This document shows positions 26,526 to 35,591 of a stretch of 64,000 bases of DNA, piece by piece. The first letter of the stretch is position 1. Every line of letters begins with the position of its first letter. The notes under the pieces are model-generated. The model did no database searches. It saw only the letters and a program-made list of their open reading frames with translations, and was not told the DNA's origin. Both the position numbers and the translations under genes were made by a program. The stretch covers positions 3,662 to 67,661 of the forward strand of contig CALUGI010000010.1 in assembly GCA_944320135.1 (NCBI GenBank), in the 5' to 3' direction. This stretch comes from an uncultured Phocaeicola sp. (GTDB taxonomy: Bacteria; Bacteroidota; Bacteroidia; Bacteroidales; Bacteroidaceae).

Positions 26526-27941
26526 TCATTTATCGTTGAAGAACGCTCCGGCCGGGAAGCGGGTATAATTGTCAAACCTGTGTACCGGAGTGTCCGGATT
26601 TGCGTCAAAGTCAAACTCCCAGATGGAGTTGGTCGTGAAGAAATTCCCTACCCCTTTGATTGTGTTGACATATACATGTCCCGTTACAGGATGGACTCCC
26701 AGGCCATTGTAGAGTTCCCTTGCGTTGTCATCGAGGTTGGAAAGGTCGACAAGCATTTCGTCCTGCGGACCTTTGTCTGTGTTCTCCGGATTGAAGTGTA
26801 CGCGATAGATGGAGGTCCCGCTGGCATAATAAATGATGTTGCCGTGAGCGGCGAACGTGCAGTTGTAGGCTTCATTGGCTTCTTCACTGATTACATTCGT
26901 CTTTAGGACCTTGTCATCCGGATTGTATTTTCCGATATACCTTTCACCGAAGGTAAGCGCACTCATTATCCAAAGCTCATTGTCAGAAGATGCAGCTATG
27001 CCTGTTATTCCATTGAATTTTGTGAGGGACAACTTGGTGCCGCCGGTCTCATTGATTTCATAAAGTCCCGGTATCTTGTATGAAGTGTTATAATAAGTGT
27101 ACACTTTTCCGTTCACAACCGCAAACCGTGACTTCGGCGCGCCGTCAGAGCCTTCCACAAAAGCCAGTGAAGTGTCGTCCATGTTCAGTCGCCACACTCC
27201 CTTGTTGTCACGGATATACACATGCTGTTCATCGGGCACGGCAATATGAGTCGGCCAGTCTAGTCCGGCAAGGTCCTCTTTTGAATAAGCCTTTATTTTC
27301 TTTAAAGTACGCGCGTCCGCCACCACAAGCATCCCGTCATTTTCAAACGAAGAACCTGTAGGATTTATGTCTCCGTTTTGGGAGATGATATAAATCTTCC
27401 CGTCGTGGAAATACATGTCCTGCGTCACGTTTCCCAGATACGTGCCGTTCACCCGTCTGTATGCGTTGTCCACCACATAGCCTTGCGGGGTAATGTAGAT
27501 GAGCGAACCGTTCTCTGTGGTCATGTTTCCTTCGTTCAACACGAATGTCCCTTCCGGGTCATCGAAAGACGCGACATAATGGAAGTTCACATCGGCCGTG
27601 GCACTCTGTCCTCCGGTTCCTGTAGCTGTTATCCGGAGAGTGGCGTCGCTTTCTCCGTCTCCTTCGGCAGGAGCCGTAATGTTCATGCAGCCTTTTTCCT
27701 CGTCCGTTGTCACTGTCCATCCTTCAGGAAGTCCCCCTGCGGTGATGCTCTCTGCATTCTCCGCATGAAAATCCAGTACATACTGTTCGCCGGGAAGCAA
27801 CACATGGGGCGACGTTCCTTCCGTTTCTTCATCCAGTCTGAGTGTGGGGGTGGATGGCTCCGGGGCCGGAGCATTGTCTTCACCGCACCCCGCCAGCACG
27901 GTTGCCATAAAAAGTGCTGACAAATAGAATAATCTTTTCAT
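26526..27941 (-). CDS. Surface lipoprotein with an N-terminal Ig-like segment and a YncE/DUF5074-like beta-propeller
   Basis: Start chosen at MKRLFYLSALFMATVLAGC (lipobox); alternative starts are at 27959 and 27968. It carries GTFVLNEGNMTTENGSLIYI. Confidence 0.6.
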   Translation of the reverse strand: MKRLFYLSALFMATVLAGCGEDNAPAPEPSTPTLRLDEETEGTSPHVLLPGEQYVLDFHAENAESITAGGLPEGWTVTTDEEKGCMNITAPAEGDGESDATLRITATGTGGQSATADVNFHYVASFDDPEGTFVLNEGNMTTENGSLIYITPQGYVVDNAYRRVNGTYLGNVTQDMYFHDGKIYIISQNGDINPTGSSFENDGMLVVADARTLKKIKAYSKEDLAGLDWPTHIAVPDEQHVYIRDNKGVWRLNMDDTSLAFVEGSDGAPKSRFAVVNGKVYTYYNTSYKIPGLYEINETGGTKLSLTKFNGITGIAASSDNELWIMSALTFGERYIGKYNPDDKVLKTNVISEEANEAYNCTFAAHGNIIYYASGTSIYRVHFNPENTDKGPQDEMLVDLSNLDDNARELYNGLGVHPVTGHVYVNTIKGVGNFFTTNSIWEFDFDANPDTPVHRFDNYTRFPAGAFFNDK

Positions 27942-28159
27942 TTTTCCTGTTCTTTTCATTGTTTGCAATCTGTTTGTTTATCAAGATACCGGCACAATAG
28001 ATTCCCTCTCCATGCTATGCGCAAAGCATGGATTGCCAAGACAAAAAGGTTGCAATCCCTTCCGTCGGGTCTGTTCCGGATTTCAGGCCCCGACCGTCCT
28101 GTCCTATCGTGCTGACAATATCGTTATCGGTTCATGGTTCTTTTCTGACCTTTATTCTT

Positions 28160-30238
28160 TTATCTTGTGGCGATTTCCTCTCCCAACAGATGGAGGTCTT
28201 CCACTCCGGCAATTTCTGTGGAACATTCGCCTATCCACCCGTTCTGCTGGTTCACTCCGGTATAAATTCGGATGAGGTCGACCCCCGGAAGCGAGACCTT
28301 GTTCCCGTCGGCATCCACAGCCCAGTCAATGTCGATGGCCGACTCATCACCGGAGTTCACGGCATTGTCCGCATAACCGAAGGCGAAAGGATAGAGCACA
28401 TAGTAGGAGCCTTGTCCGCTTTCGTCAATGCCGTTTTGTGGAAGGCGGCTTCCTCTGAACTTCAGTTCGCGTTCCGTTATCCATTGCGGATAATAGGTCT
28501 GTGAATGGTATATATTCTTGGCGACATATCCTTGGCCGCCTTTGTTGTCTTCCCAGCGGATATAAGTTTCATGGTTGCCCACAGGTTCCGTTTCCGGCGC
28601 GTGGTAAGTGATTTCATAATCCGTGTAGAAGTTCATGTCGTTTCCGGCGTTTTGGGCCGTCCCGTACCATGACTCTTGCGTGACATCCCGATGCGCGCTT
28701 CCGGCAATCTCATACCAGACTCCGCCGTCGGCCTTTCCGTCCTTGTCCTCATCGAGTGCCACCTGGATGATTCCCGGTTCATAGCTTCCTCCGCTTCTGA
28801 CGGTGGACGCACCGGAAAAGGCATTGCCCAACACACGGAAGTCTCTCAGTCCCGGCCTGTTCTCAATCCGGTGGTCGAATCCCACGGTGATGTATCCTCC
28901 ATATCCTCCCAATGACACCATGCCGCGCCGGTCGTTTCCGATGGCTTCGAGTGCTTTCCGGTTCATGTCATCCTGCGTGTCGCCTTCTTCATATTCTGGC
29001 ATTGTATTGACAAACTGTCCCGGAGCCGGCATATATTCAAGCACTTTCGTGATGTATGCCGAGGAAGTGGTTTCCTGCGGAGTGCTGTTGTAGTAGAACT
29101 CTTCGGTAGTGAAGGCAAAATGCGCCGGAATGTCGCCCGTGCGCACGCTCCATTGCTTCTTTCCGTCGGGAGTGAAGCAATAAAGATAGCCGGGAGTGAC
29201 ATAGTCGGAGGCATCGCTCACATAGATTTCCTTCGTCTCCGGGTTCACCGCCACTCCGTAGGGAAGCCGGATTTCCTTGTCCGTCCCGTCGGTGATGAAG
29301 TTGTCCGACACCGTTCTTTCCTGTGCCGTATCATAAATAAGGTATCTGATTTCGTTCTTTCCGCCCGTGTAGCTCCATTCGGCGGAAGTGATATAAATGG
29401 AATCTCCGTCCATCCACATTTCATTGGCGGGGATTCCCAGATTTCCGGTTACGGTTTCGGTGGAGGTGTCGATGACATAAATGTCAGACCCTGTCCCGTA
29501 GTAGTCTCCACGTGAAGAGACATAAATCTTTCCTCTTCTGTCCAGTTCCATACGGTGAAGGTTGATGGCCACATCAATCGTGTTGACCACCTGGAAAGTT
29601 TCAAGGTCAATCACGGATACGGTGCGGTCATAATCCGGATAGCGGTAGCCTCCCGAATTAGCCACATACAGACGCCCTCCGGTGATGACCATCTCTTCCG
29701 GCTGGTAGCCCACCACCACCTCACGGGTAATCTGGAGCGTATTCGTGTCGAACTCCACGATTTTTCCCGGACGCGCTTCCGGATCAATCTGTACCGGTCC
29801 GGCATACGAACTGACGTATGCCTTGTCGCCGTTGAATGTAATGTAGCGGCAATTGGTTATGTTCACGCTTCCAAGATGCTTTGCCGTGCGTACGTCCATC
29901 ACTTCCACGAAGTGCGAGCAGTTGACCACCACATACAGCTTTCCGTCGTGTATCTGTATGTCGTTGCCCACATCACCCAGTTCCTTTACGATGTGGGGGT
30001 TGCTTTCCGGATAAATGTTGCGCAGATAATATCCTCCCCGCGCGTTGAAGAAGTCGATTGTGCATTTGTTGCTTCCCATATTCCCCTCGTTCAGCAGGAA
30101 GAACCCTTCGATGCGCTGCGGGTCGGTGGGATAGGTCACGAATTCTCTTTCGGAGTCGAGCACAGGCAGTTCTTTCCGGCAGCCGGTGGCCAGAACCACC
30201 AGAAACAATGATATGAGCTGGAACTTTTCGGTTTTCAT
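28160..30238 (-). CDS. Surface lipoprotein: N-terminal YncE/DUF5074-like beta-propeller fused to a ~290-aa C-terminal domain of unknown function (BtuG/BtuH-type candidate)
   Basis: Start set to MKTEKFQLISLFLVVLATGC (lipobox), 11 nt after the TBDR stop. It carries GFFLLNEGNMGSNKCTIDFF. The C-terminal part reads GGYGGYITVGFDHRIENRPGLRDFRVLGNAF...DEDKDGKADGGVWYEIAGS. Confidence 0.6.
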   Translation of the reverse strand: MKTEKFQLISLFLVVLATGCRKELPVLDSEREFVTYPTDPQRIEGFFLLNEGNMGSNKCTIDFFNARGGYYLRNIYPESNPHIVKELGDVGNDIQIHDGKLYVVVNCSHFVEVMDVRTAKHLGSVNITNCRYITFNGDKAYVSSYAGPVQIDPEARPGKIVEFDTNTLQITREVVVGYQPEEMVITGGRLYVANSGGYRYPDYDRTVSVIDLETFQVVNTIDVAINLHRMELDRRGKIYVSSRGDYYGTGSDIYVIDTSTETVTGNLGIPANEMWMDGDSIYITSAEWSYTGGKNEIRYLIYDTAQERTVSDNFITDGTDKEIRLPYGVAVNPETKEIYVSDASDYVTPGYLYCFTPDGKKQWSVRTGDIPAHFAFTTEEFYYNSTPQETTSSAYITKVLEYMPAPGQFVNTMPEYEEGDTQDDMNRKALEAIGNDRRGMVSLGGYGGYITVGFDHRIENRPGLRDFRVLGNAFSGASTVRSGGSYEPGIIQVALDEDKDGKADGGVWYEIAGSAHRDVTQESWYGTAQNAGNDMNFYTDYEITYHAPETEPVGNHETYIRWEDNKGGQGYVAKNIYHSQTYYPQWITERELKFRGSRLPQNGIDESGQGSYYVLYPFAFGYADNAVNSGDESAIDIDWAVDADGNKVSLPGVDLIRIYTGVNQQNGWIGECSTEIAGVEDLHLLGEEIATR

Positions 30239-30248
30239 GTCGGTATGT

Positions 30249-32261
30249 TTAGAATGTATATTGTGCGATAAACTTGAAGTTTGTTCCCGGCATGGGATAG
30301 CAGGAAACGACTTCATATTGTTGGTTCAGCAGATTGTTGATTTCCAGCGTGAGTTTCAGTTCGTGGGCGTTGATGCGCAGGGCCTTCGCTATGGAACAGT
30401 CGCTGGTGTACCACGAAGGCTGATAGTTGACCGGCAGGTTAGCTTGCGAGGAGTACCGCTCACCTGTGTAGATGAAGCTGTAGCTTGCTTCCCATGAACG
30501 CCATGAAAGATTGAGGGCCGTCGAACCGCTGTGCCAGGGAATATAGGGAATTTGTCCTCCGTAGAACTCATCGGCAGGGTCGGTAAAGTCCTGCGCTTTC
30601 TGGTAGGTGTAGTTCACACGTCCGCTGAGATACGCTTCATGCCCCAGTTTCCAGTCGGTTTGCAGTGCCACATCAATGCCTCTGATTTCCACTTCCCCCA
30701 GATTGACCATCGTCCAGCGGAAGAAATTGGAGGTAGGAGTGGCCACGATTTTATTTTCCACCTTATTGTAGTAGGCATCGGCCTGCACTTCAATCCGTTG
30801 CAGCCATAAGTCAGGGAACTGCTTTTCATAGGTTACACCTATATTATATTGGTCGGTATATTCCGGTTCAAGATAGGCGTTGCCCACGAAGGTATAGTAT
30901 AAGTCGTTGAGCGTAGGCATGCGGAAAATCCGTTTGTAGAACGCACGGAAATTCAAGCCGATTCTTTCAAAAGGGCGGTAGCTCATCACCAGCGCAGGAG
31001 TCCACTCCATCTTGTCGGAAGCGGCGTTGCCCTTTTCCCGCAGACGGTCGGACACGAACGTGCCCAGCAGACTGGCCTGCAATTTGAAGCGGTCGAAGTT
31101 CAGAGCGGTCGCGGCGGCAAAAAGTCCCGTGTTCCGGCGCGGATAGACAAAGTCTTTCAGGTTCGCATTGAGCAGGTTGAATTGCCAGTCGACCGAAAGG
31201 TTGAGGCTCCAGAAAGAAGTCAGGTCCAGACAGTTGGCAGTGGAAGCATACACTTCCTGCTGGCGGTAGATATTGTTGATGTACATCAGCGATTCGTCCC
31301 GGTTGGGGTCGGCCAGATAGTGCAGGTAATTGTATGAATATTTCGCGCTCGCCATGAAGTGATACCGTTCCGAGAAATCTTTACGGAACATACCCTGCGC
31401 GAAAAAGTCGGCATCCTTCTGACGGTCTTCGTGCGTGAACTTGTTGCGTACAATCGCTCCCGGATATCCCCTGTCGGAGAAATAAGCATAGAGCTTGGTA
31501 CGCCAGTATCCGTCTTCCATGTTTCCGTAAAGGCCGTGTTCAATGCGCAGCGCGTTCACGTCTCCGTTCTGGCGCACTGCAGTGGTGTCGTATCCGCCTT
31601 CTGTGGCATAGCGGAACTTGTATTTTCCGGTGGTGTACATATACTCCGCGCTGAACGAACTGCCCAGTCTGTCGTTCAGTTTCTGCTCCCAGAGTATAGC
31701 GGGATTGACCACCCCGAACGAGCCGGTCTTGAATGTAGCCTTGACATTGTAATCTTTTTCTTCACTGAATTTCGGTGTCCGTGTCTGGAGGTAGACCGTT
31801 CCGGCCGAACCGAAATCCTTGGCCGACTGGAACACTGCGCTCTTCTGTCCGTTGTAAAGTGTGACGCTTTCCATGTTGTCCAGCGAGAAGCGTCCCAAGT
31901 CAACTGTCCCGTTCTGTGCGTTTCCCAGTTCGATGCCGTCATAAAACACTCCCACATGGTTGGTGCCCATGCTCCGGATGTTGACGGTCTTCAGTCCCCC
32001 GATGCCTCCGTAGTCTTTCAGTTGCACGCCGGAGAAATAGCGCAACGCATCGGCCACATTGTGCGAGCCGAGACGCCGGAGTTCTTCCCCCGAAAGTTTC
32101 TGCACCGGAATGATTTCTTTCTGCAGGGCACGGGCGGTCACTAACACCTCATCCAAATGCTGCAGGCTGTCCGTTGAATTCTGGGCTCGGAGCATGGATA
32201 TACCGCTTCCTGCCACAAAGAACAACAGCAGCCAGACAAGCCGACTTTTCTGTCCAATCAT
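30249..32261 (-). CDS. btuB: TonB-dependent receptor, BtuB-like, directly downstream of the cobalamin riboswitch
   Basis: Plug and barrel motifs are present (LDEVLVTA, NVADALRYFSGVQLKDYGGIGGLKTVNIRSMG, C-terminal ..KFIAQYTF). ATG 32261 gives MIGQKSRLVWLLLFFVAGSGISMLRAQ; the ORF track's TTG start is at 32285. Confidence 0.75.
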   Translation of the reverse strand: MIGQKSRLVWLLLFFVAGSGISMLRAQNSTDSLQHLDEVLVTARALQKEIIPVQKLSGEELRRLGSHNVADALRYFSGVQLKDYGGIGGLKTVNIRSMGTNHVGVFYDGIELGNAQNGTVDLGRFSLDNMESVTLYNGQKSAVFQSAKDFGSAGTVYLQTRTPKFSEEKDYNVKATFKTGSFGVVNPAILWEQKLNDRLGSSFSAEYMYTTGKYKFRYATEGGYDTTAVRQNGDVNALRIEHGLYGNMEDGYWRTKLYAYFSDRGYPGAIVRNKFTHEDRQKDADFFAQGMFRKDFSERYHFMASAKYSYNYLHYLADPNRDESLMYINNIYRQQEVYASTANCLDLTSFWSLNLSVDWQFNLLNANLKDFVYPRRNTGLFAAATALNFDRFKLQASLLGTFVSDRLREKGNAASDKMEWTPALVMSYRPFERIGLNFRAFYKRIFRMPTLNDLYYTFVGNAYLEPEYTDQYNIGVTYEKQFPDLWLQRIEVQADAYYNKVENKIVATPTSNFFRWTMVNLGEVEIRGIDVALQTDWKLGHEAYLSGRVNYTYQKAQDFTDPADEFYGGQIPYIPWHSGSTALNLSWRSWEASYSFIYTGERYSSQANLPVNYQPSWYTSDCSIAKALRINAHELKLTLEINNLLNQQYEVVSCYPMPGTNFKFIAQYTF

Positions 32262-32321
32262 ATAATAATAATGTAATAAAAACAATTAACCGCATTGTCC
32301 TCGCATACGGATAACATGTAA

Positions 32322-32500
32322 CGTTGGCAGGTCTTCTGACTGACTTCTCTTTCGGAACCTTCCCGGCGTGTTTCTGTCGTGCGCCAGTGGTAATGAGCCT
32401 TCTCCGAAAGATTCTTGAAGCTTCACAGCAGCGGGACTGTCCGGGATTTTCACCCGATTCCCTTTTAATCCGCCAGCCTGAACAGACAGGCGGAACCAAT
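32322..32500 (-). promoter_or_regulatory. Cobalamin (B12) riboswitch
   Basis: The minus strand reads ggttccgcctg...ggattAAAAGGGAATCGGGTGAAAATCCCGGACAGTCCCGCTGCTGTGAagc...CCACTGGcgcacgacagaaacacgCCGGGAAGGt...GTCAGTCAGAAGACCTGCC. The conserved core and B12 box are all present, in order. Confidence 0.9.
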
Positions 32501-32508
32501 TCTGAATG

Positions 32509-32516
32509 CAAATGTA
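32509..32516 (-). promoter_or_regulatory. -7 promoter box for the riboswitch-btuB transcript
   Basis: The minus strand reads TACATTTG, a perfect TAnnTTTG, about 10 nt upstream of the riboswitch 5' end. Confidence 0.55.
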
Positions 32517-32604
32517 GGCTTTTTGTCCGGGATATGCAAGAGATTATCCGTAAAACAGGTTGCATTAACGGTACTTCGTATACAAATTGTATAACGTTTC
32601 CTGC

Positions 32605-32612
32605 TAATTTTG
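32605..32612 (+). promoter_or_regulatory. -7 promoter box for the second TonB-dependent receptor
   Basis: TAATTTTG is a perfect match, 38 nt before ATG 32650. Confidence 0.55.
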
Positions 32613-32649
32613 CAACTTGCAAAAGAAGAAACGAACAAAAAGCAGAAAC

Positions 32650-34548
32650 ATGAAACCAAAAGACCTACTGACCTTATCGGCAGCCTGCCTGATATTCGCC
32701 GGCAACCTGACCGCCCAAAGCGACAGCACCCGCATCGCACGCCAGTTTTCGCTCCATGAAGTAGTAGTGACCGGCACGCGAAACGAAACAGACATCCGCC
32801 ACCTGCCCATGACCGTTTCCGTGATAGGAAGGAAACAGATTGAGCGTACATACAGTCCGTCGCTGCTCCCGATATTGAGCGAACAAATCCCCGGCCTGTT
32901 CACCACGGCAAGAGGAATCATAGGGTTCGGCGTATCGGACGGAGCGGCCGGGAGCATCTCTCTGAGAGGCATGAGCGGAAGTTCGGGACGGCTGATGGTG
33001 CTGATAGACGGACATCCGCAATATATGGGTCTGTTCGGACATCCGATAGCCGATGCCTGCCAGTCGTTCATGGCAGAACGGGTGGAAGTGCTGCGAGGCC
33101 CGGCCTCCGTGCTCTACGGCTCGAACGCAATGGGAGGAGTTGTGAATATCGTTACCCGCAAGATGCAGGAAGACGGAGTGAAGACCCATGCCAACGTAGG
33201 GTACGGTTCCTACAACACCTTGCAGACAGAAGTGACCAACCGCGTGAAGAAAGGACGCTTCACAAGCGTTGCCAGCGGCTCGTACAACCGCACGGACGGG
33301 CATCGCGCCGACATGGACTTCGAACAATACGGCGGATACGCCAAGCTGGGCTACGACCTGTCGCGCGCATGGAACCTCCACGCCGACGTGAACGTCACGC
33401 ACTTCAACGCCGCCAATCCGGGAAGCGTGACCGTCCCCCTGCTGGACGCCCGCCAGCGCATCACGCGCGGCATGACCTCCTTCGCCGTTGAAAACCGCTA
33501 TGCAAACACGTCGGGAGCGGTGAGCTTCTTCTACAACTGGGGACGGCACAAGATAGACGACGGATACAGCCCCACGGAAGGGGAAACCCCGTTAGACTAC
33601 CGCTTCCATTCGAAAGACAACATGATGGGCGTGTCGTGGTATCAAAGCGCGCAGCTCTTCGCAGGCAACCGGCTGACGGTAGGAGTCGACTGGTACCGTT
33701 TTGGCGGAGAGGCATGGAACCGGTACATTTCGGGCGCACAAAACGGACAGCGCGAGGACATCATCGACAAAGCGCAACACGAAACGGCCGGATACGCAGA
33801 CTTCCGCCAGACAATAGGCCCGTGGCTGACGCTTGACGCAGGGGTGCGCGTCGACCGTCATTCGCAAGCAGGCACGGAATGGATACCGCAGGCGGGCCTG
33901 TCGCTCCACCTGCCGAAATCGGCCGAAATCAAGCTGTCGGCCAGCAAAGGCTTCCGCTATCCCCTCATCCGCGAGATGTTCATGTGGGGCGCGGCTAATC
34001 CGGAACTCGAAGCGGAGCGGATGTGGAACTACGAGCTGTCCTACTCCCAAAAACTGATGGAGGGACGTCTGTCATACGGCATCAACCTTTTCTATATCGA
34101 TGCCGACAACCTGATTACGACAGGCACGGTGGACGGACGGCGCATGAACCTGAACACCGGAAAGGCGGAAAACGCAGGAACAGAAGGGCAGATAGCCTGG
34201 CGCATCAGCCAAGCATGGTCGGCCGACGCCAACTACAGTTATCTGCACATGAAAGAGCCTGTTGTCGGCGCGCCCGAACACAAGCTCTACGCAGGCGCGG
34301 CATACAGGAAGGGACGCTGGAGCGTATCCACCGGAGTGCAATACGTGGCAGGACTGTACACGTCTGCGGGCGACCGTCCGCAGACGGAGGATTTCGTGTT
34401 GTGGAACCTCCGAGGCTCGTTCCGGGCCGCCGGCCGGATTACCGTCTGGGCGAAAGGCGAAAACCTTCTGGCCCAACGATATGAAATAAACGCGGGATTC
34501 CCCATGCCGAAAGCCACGTTCATGGGAGGAATAAGCCTGCATCTTTAA
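32650..34548 (+). CDS. TonB-dependent receptor of unknown substrate
   Basis: Start at MKPKDLLTLSAACLIFAGNLTAQ (signal peptide). The plug motif reads LHEVVVTGTRNETDIRHLPMTVSVI..LRGMSG..VLIDGHP, and the C-terminus is GFPMPKATFMGGISLHL. Confidence 0.8.
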   Translation: MKPKDLLTLSAACLIFAGNLTAQSDSTRIARQFSLHEVVVTGTRNETDIRHLPMTVSVIGRKQIERTYSPSLLPILSEQIPGLFTTARGIIGFGVSDGAAGSISLRGMSGSSGRLMVLIDGHPQYMGLFGHPIADACQSFMAERVEVLRGPASVLYGSNAMGGVVNIVTRKMQEDGVKTHANVGYGSYNTLQTEVTNRVKKGRFTSVASGSYNRTDGHRADMDFEQYGGYAKLGYDLSRAWNLHADVNVTHFNAANPGSVTVPLLDARQRITRGMTSFAVENRYANTSGAVSFFYNWGRHKIDDGYSPTEGETPLDYRFHSKDNMMGVSWYQSAQLFAGNRLTVGVDWYRFGGEAWNRYISGAQNGQREDIIDKAQHETAGYADFRQTIGPWLTLDAGVRVDRHSQAGTEWIPQAGLSLHLPKSAEIKLSASKGFRYPLIREMFMWGAANPELEAERMWNYELSYSQKLMEGRLSYGINLFYIDADNLITTGTVDGRRMNLNTGKAENAGTEGQIAWRISQAWSADANYSYLHMKEPVVGAPEHKLYAGAAYRKGRWSVSTGVQYVAGLYTSAGDRPQTEDFVLWNLRGSFRAAGRITVWAKGENLLAQRYEINAGFPMPKATFMGGISLHL

Positions 34549-34568
34549 ACGCATTCTCGCCCGCGAGC

Positions 34569-34612
34569 AAAAAAATGTCCCGGCGTTCTGAATGAAACGC
34601 CGGGACATTTTT
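34569..34612. terminator. Bidirectional intrinsic terminator between the TBDR and ppx
   Basis: An A7 run precedes atgtcccggcg (34575-34585), which pairs with cgccgggacat (34598-34608), followed by T5. Confidence 0.8.
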
Positions 34613-34635
34613 CCGGAATCGGGCGAAGGACGAAC

Positions 34636-35583
34636 CTACTTCCCTCCCAAAGCCCGTTTTTCTTCCTCCACGTGATGCGCATACAAGCCGTCGATAATGC
34701 CGTCGGACAGACCGATGACAGGCACGTAGACGTATGACGCGCGGATAATGTCAGCGATAGTCGTAAATATCTCGCCGGCCGGCACGATTACGTCCGCACG
34801 GTCGGGCTTCAACTGGTACTTCTCCATCCTTTCCTCTACGGAGAGCGTCTTCAGGCTGTCGTGAAGTTCATGAAGGGCTTCTACCGTCATCTTCTGCTCC
34901 TTCTTGTCTTTTTTCTCTATCAAGCGGTATATCTTGTTGATGTTGCCTCCCGAACCGATGATGTTCGTGCCCGGATACGATTGCGCCAGCTCAGCCATGT
35001 CCGTTTTCAGGCGTTCCCATTCGCCGGGTTTCACCGCATTGTTCAAGATTCTCACCGTACCGATATTGTACGAACGGCTGCACACCAGTTCGCCTTGCGA
35101 GAGCAAGTTGATTTCAGTGCTTCCGCCTCCCACATCCACATACATGTAATTCCCGTTCCGGTCTTCCATACATTCGATATGGTTGTTGTAAACCATTTTC
35201 GCCTCTTCCTGCCCGTCGATAATTTCGATGCAGATGCCCGTTTTCTTCCTGATGCGCCTGATGATATCCTTGCCGTTCTTGGCGTCGCGCATGGCCGAAG
35301 TGGCGCAAGCTCGGTAGTCCTCCACGTCATAAATCCTCATCAAATGCCGGTAAGCCTTCATCAGGCGAAGCATGTCTTTCTCCTTCTTCTCCGACAATTT
35401 GCCCATAGCGAACACGTCGAACCCCAAGCGCAAGGGGACACGCAGCAAAAGCACCTTCGAGAAAGCAGCCTTTCCGTTGCGGTCTTCCTCCACATGCTTG
35501 ATAAGCAGGCGCACTGCGTTCGAACCGATATCGATTGCAGCATAATTGAAGCCGCAGCCTTCAAATTTGTTCTTCAGTTCCAT
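34636..35583 (-). CDS. ppx: Ppx/GppA-family exopolyphosphatase
   Basis: 315 aa. AAIDIGSNAVRLLI and DVGGGSTE match the ASKHA phosphate-binding motifs of Ppx/GppA. It is adjacent to ppk. Confidence 0.85.
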   Translation of the reverse strand: MELKNKFEGCGFNYAAIDIGSNAVRLLIKHVEEDRNGKAAFSKVLLLRVPLRLGFDVFAMGKLSEKKEKDMLRLMKAYRHLMRIYDVEDYRACATSAMRDAKNGKDIIRRIRKKTGICIEIIDGQEEAKMVYNNHIECMEDRNGNYMYVDVGGGSTEINLLSQGELVCSRSYNIGTVRILNNAVKPGEWERLKTDMAELAQSYPGTNIIGSGGNINKIYRLIEKKDKKEQKMTVEALHELHDSLKTLSVEERMEKYQLKPDRADVIVPAGEIFTTIADIIRASYVYVPVIGLSDGIIDGLYAHHVEEEKRALGGK

Positions 35584-35591
35584 AATATTAT

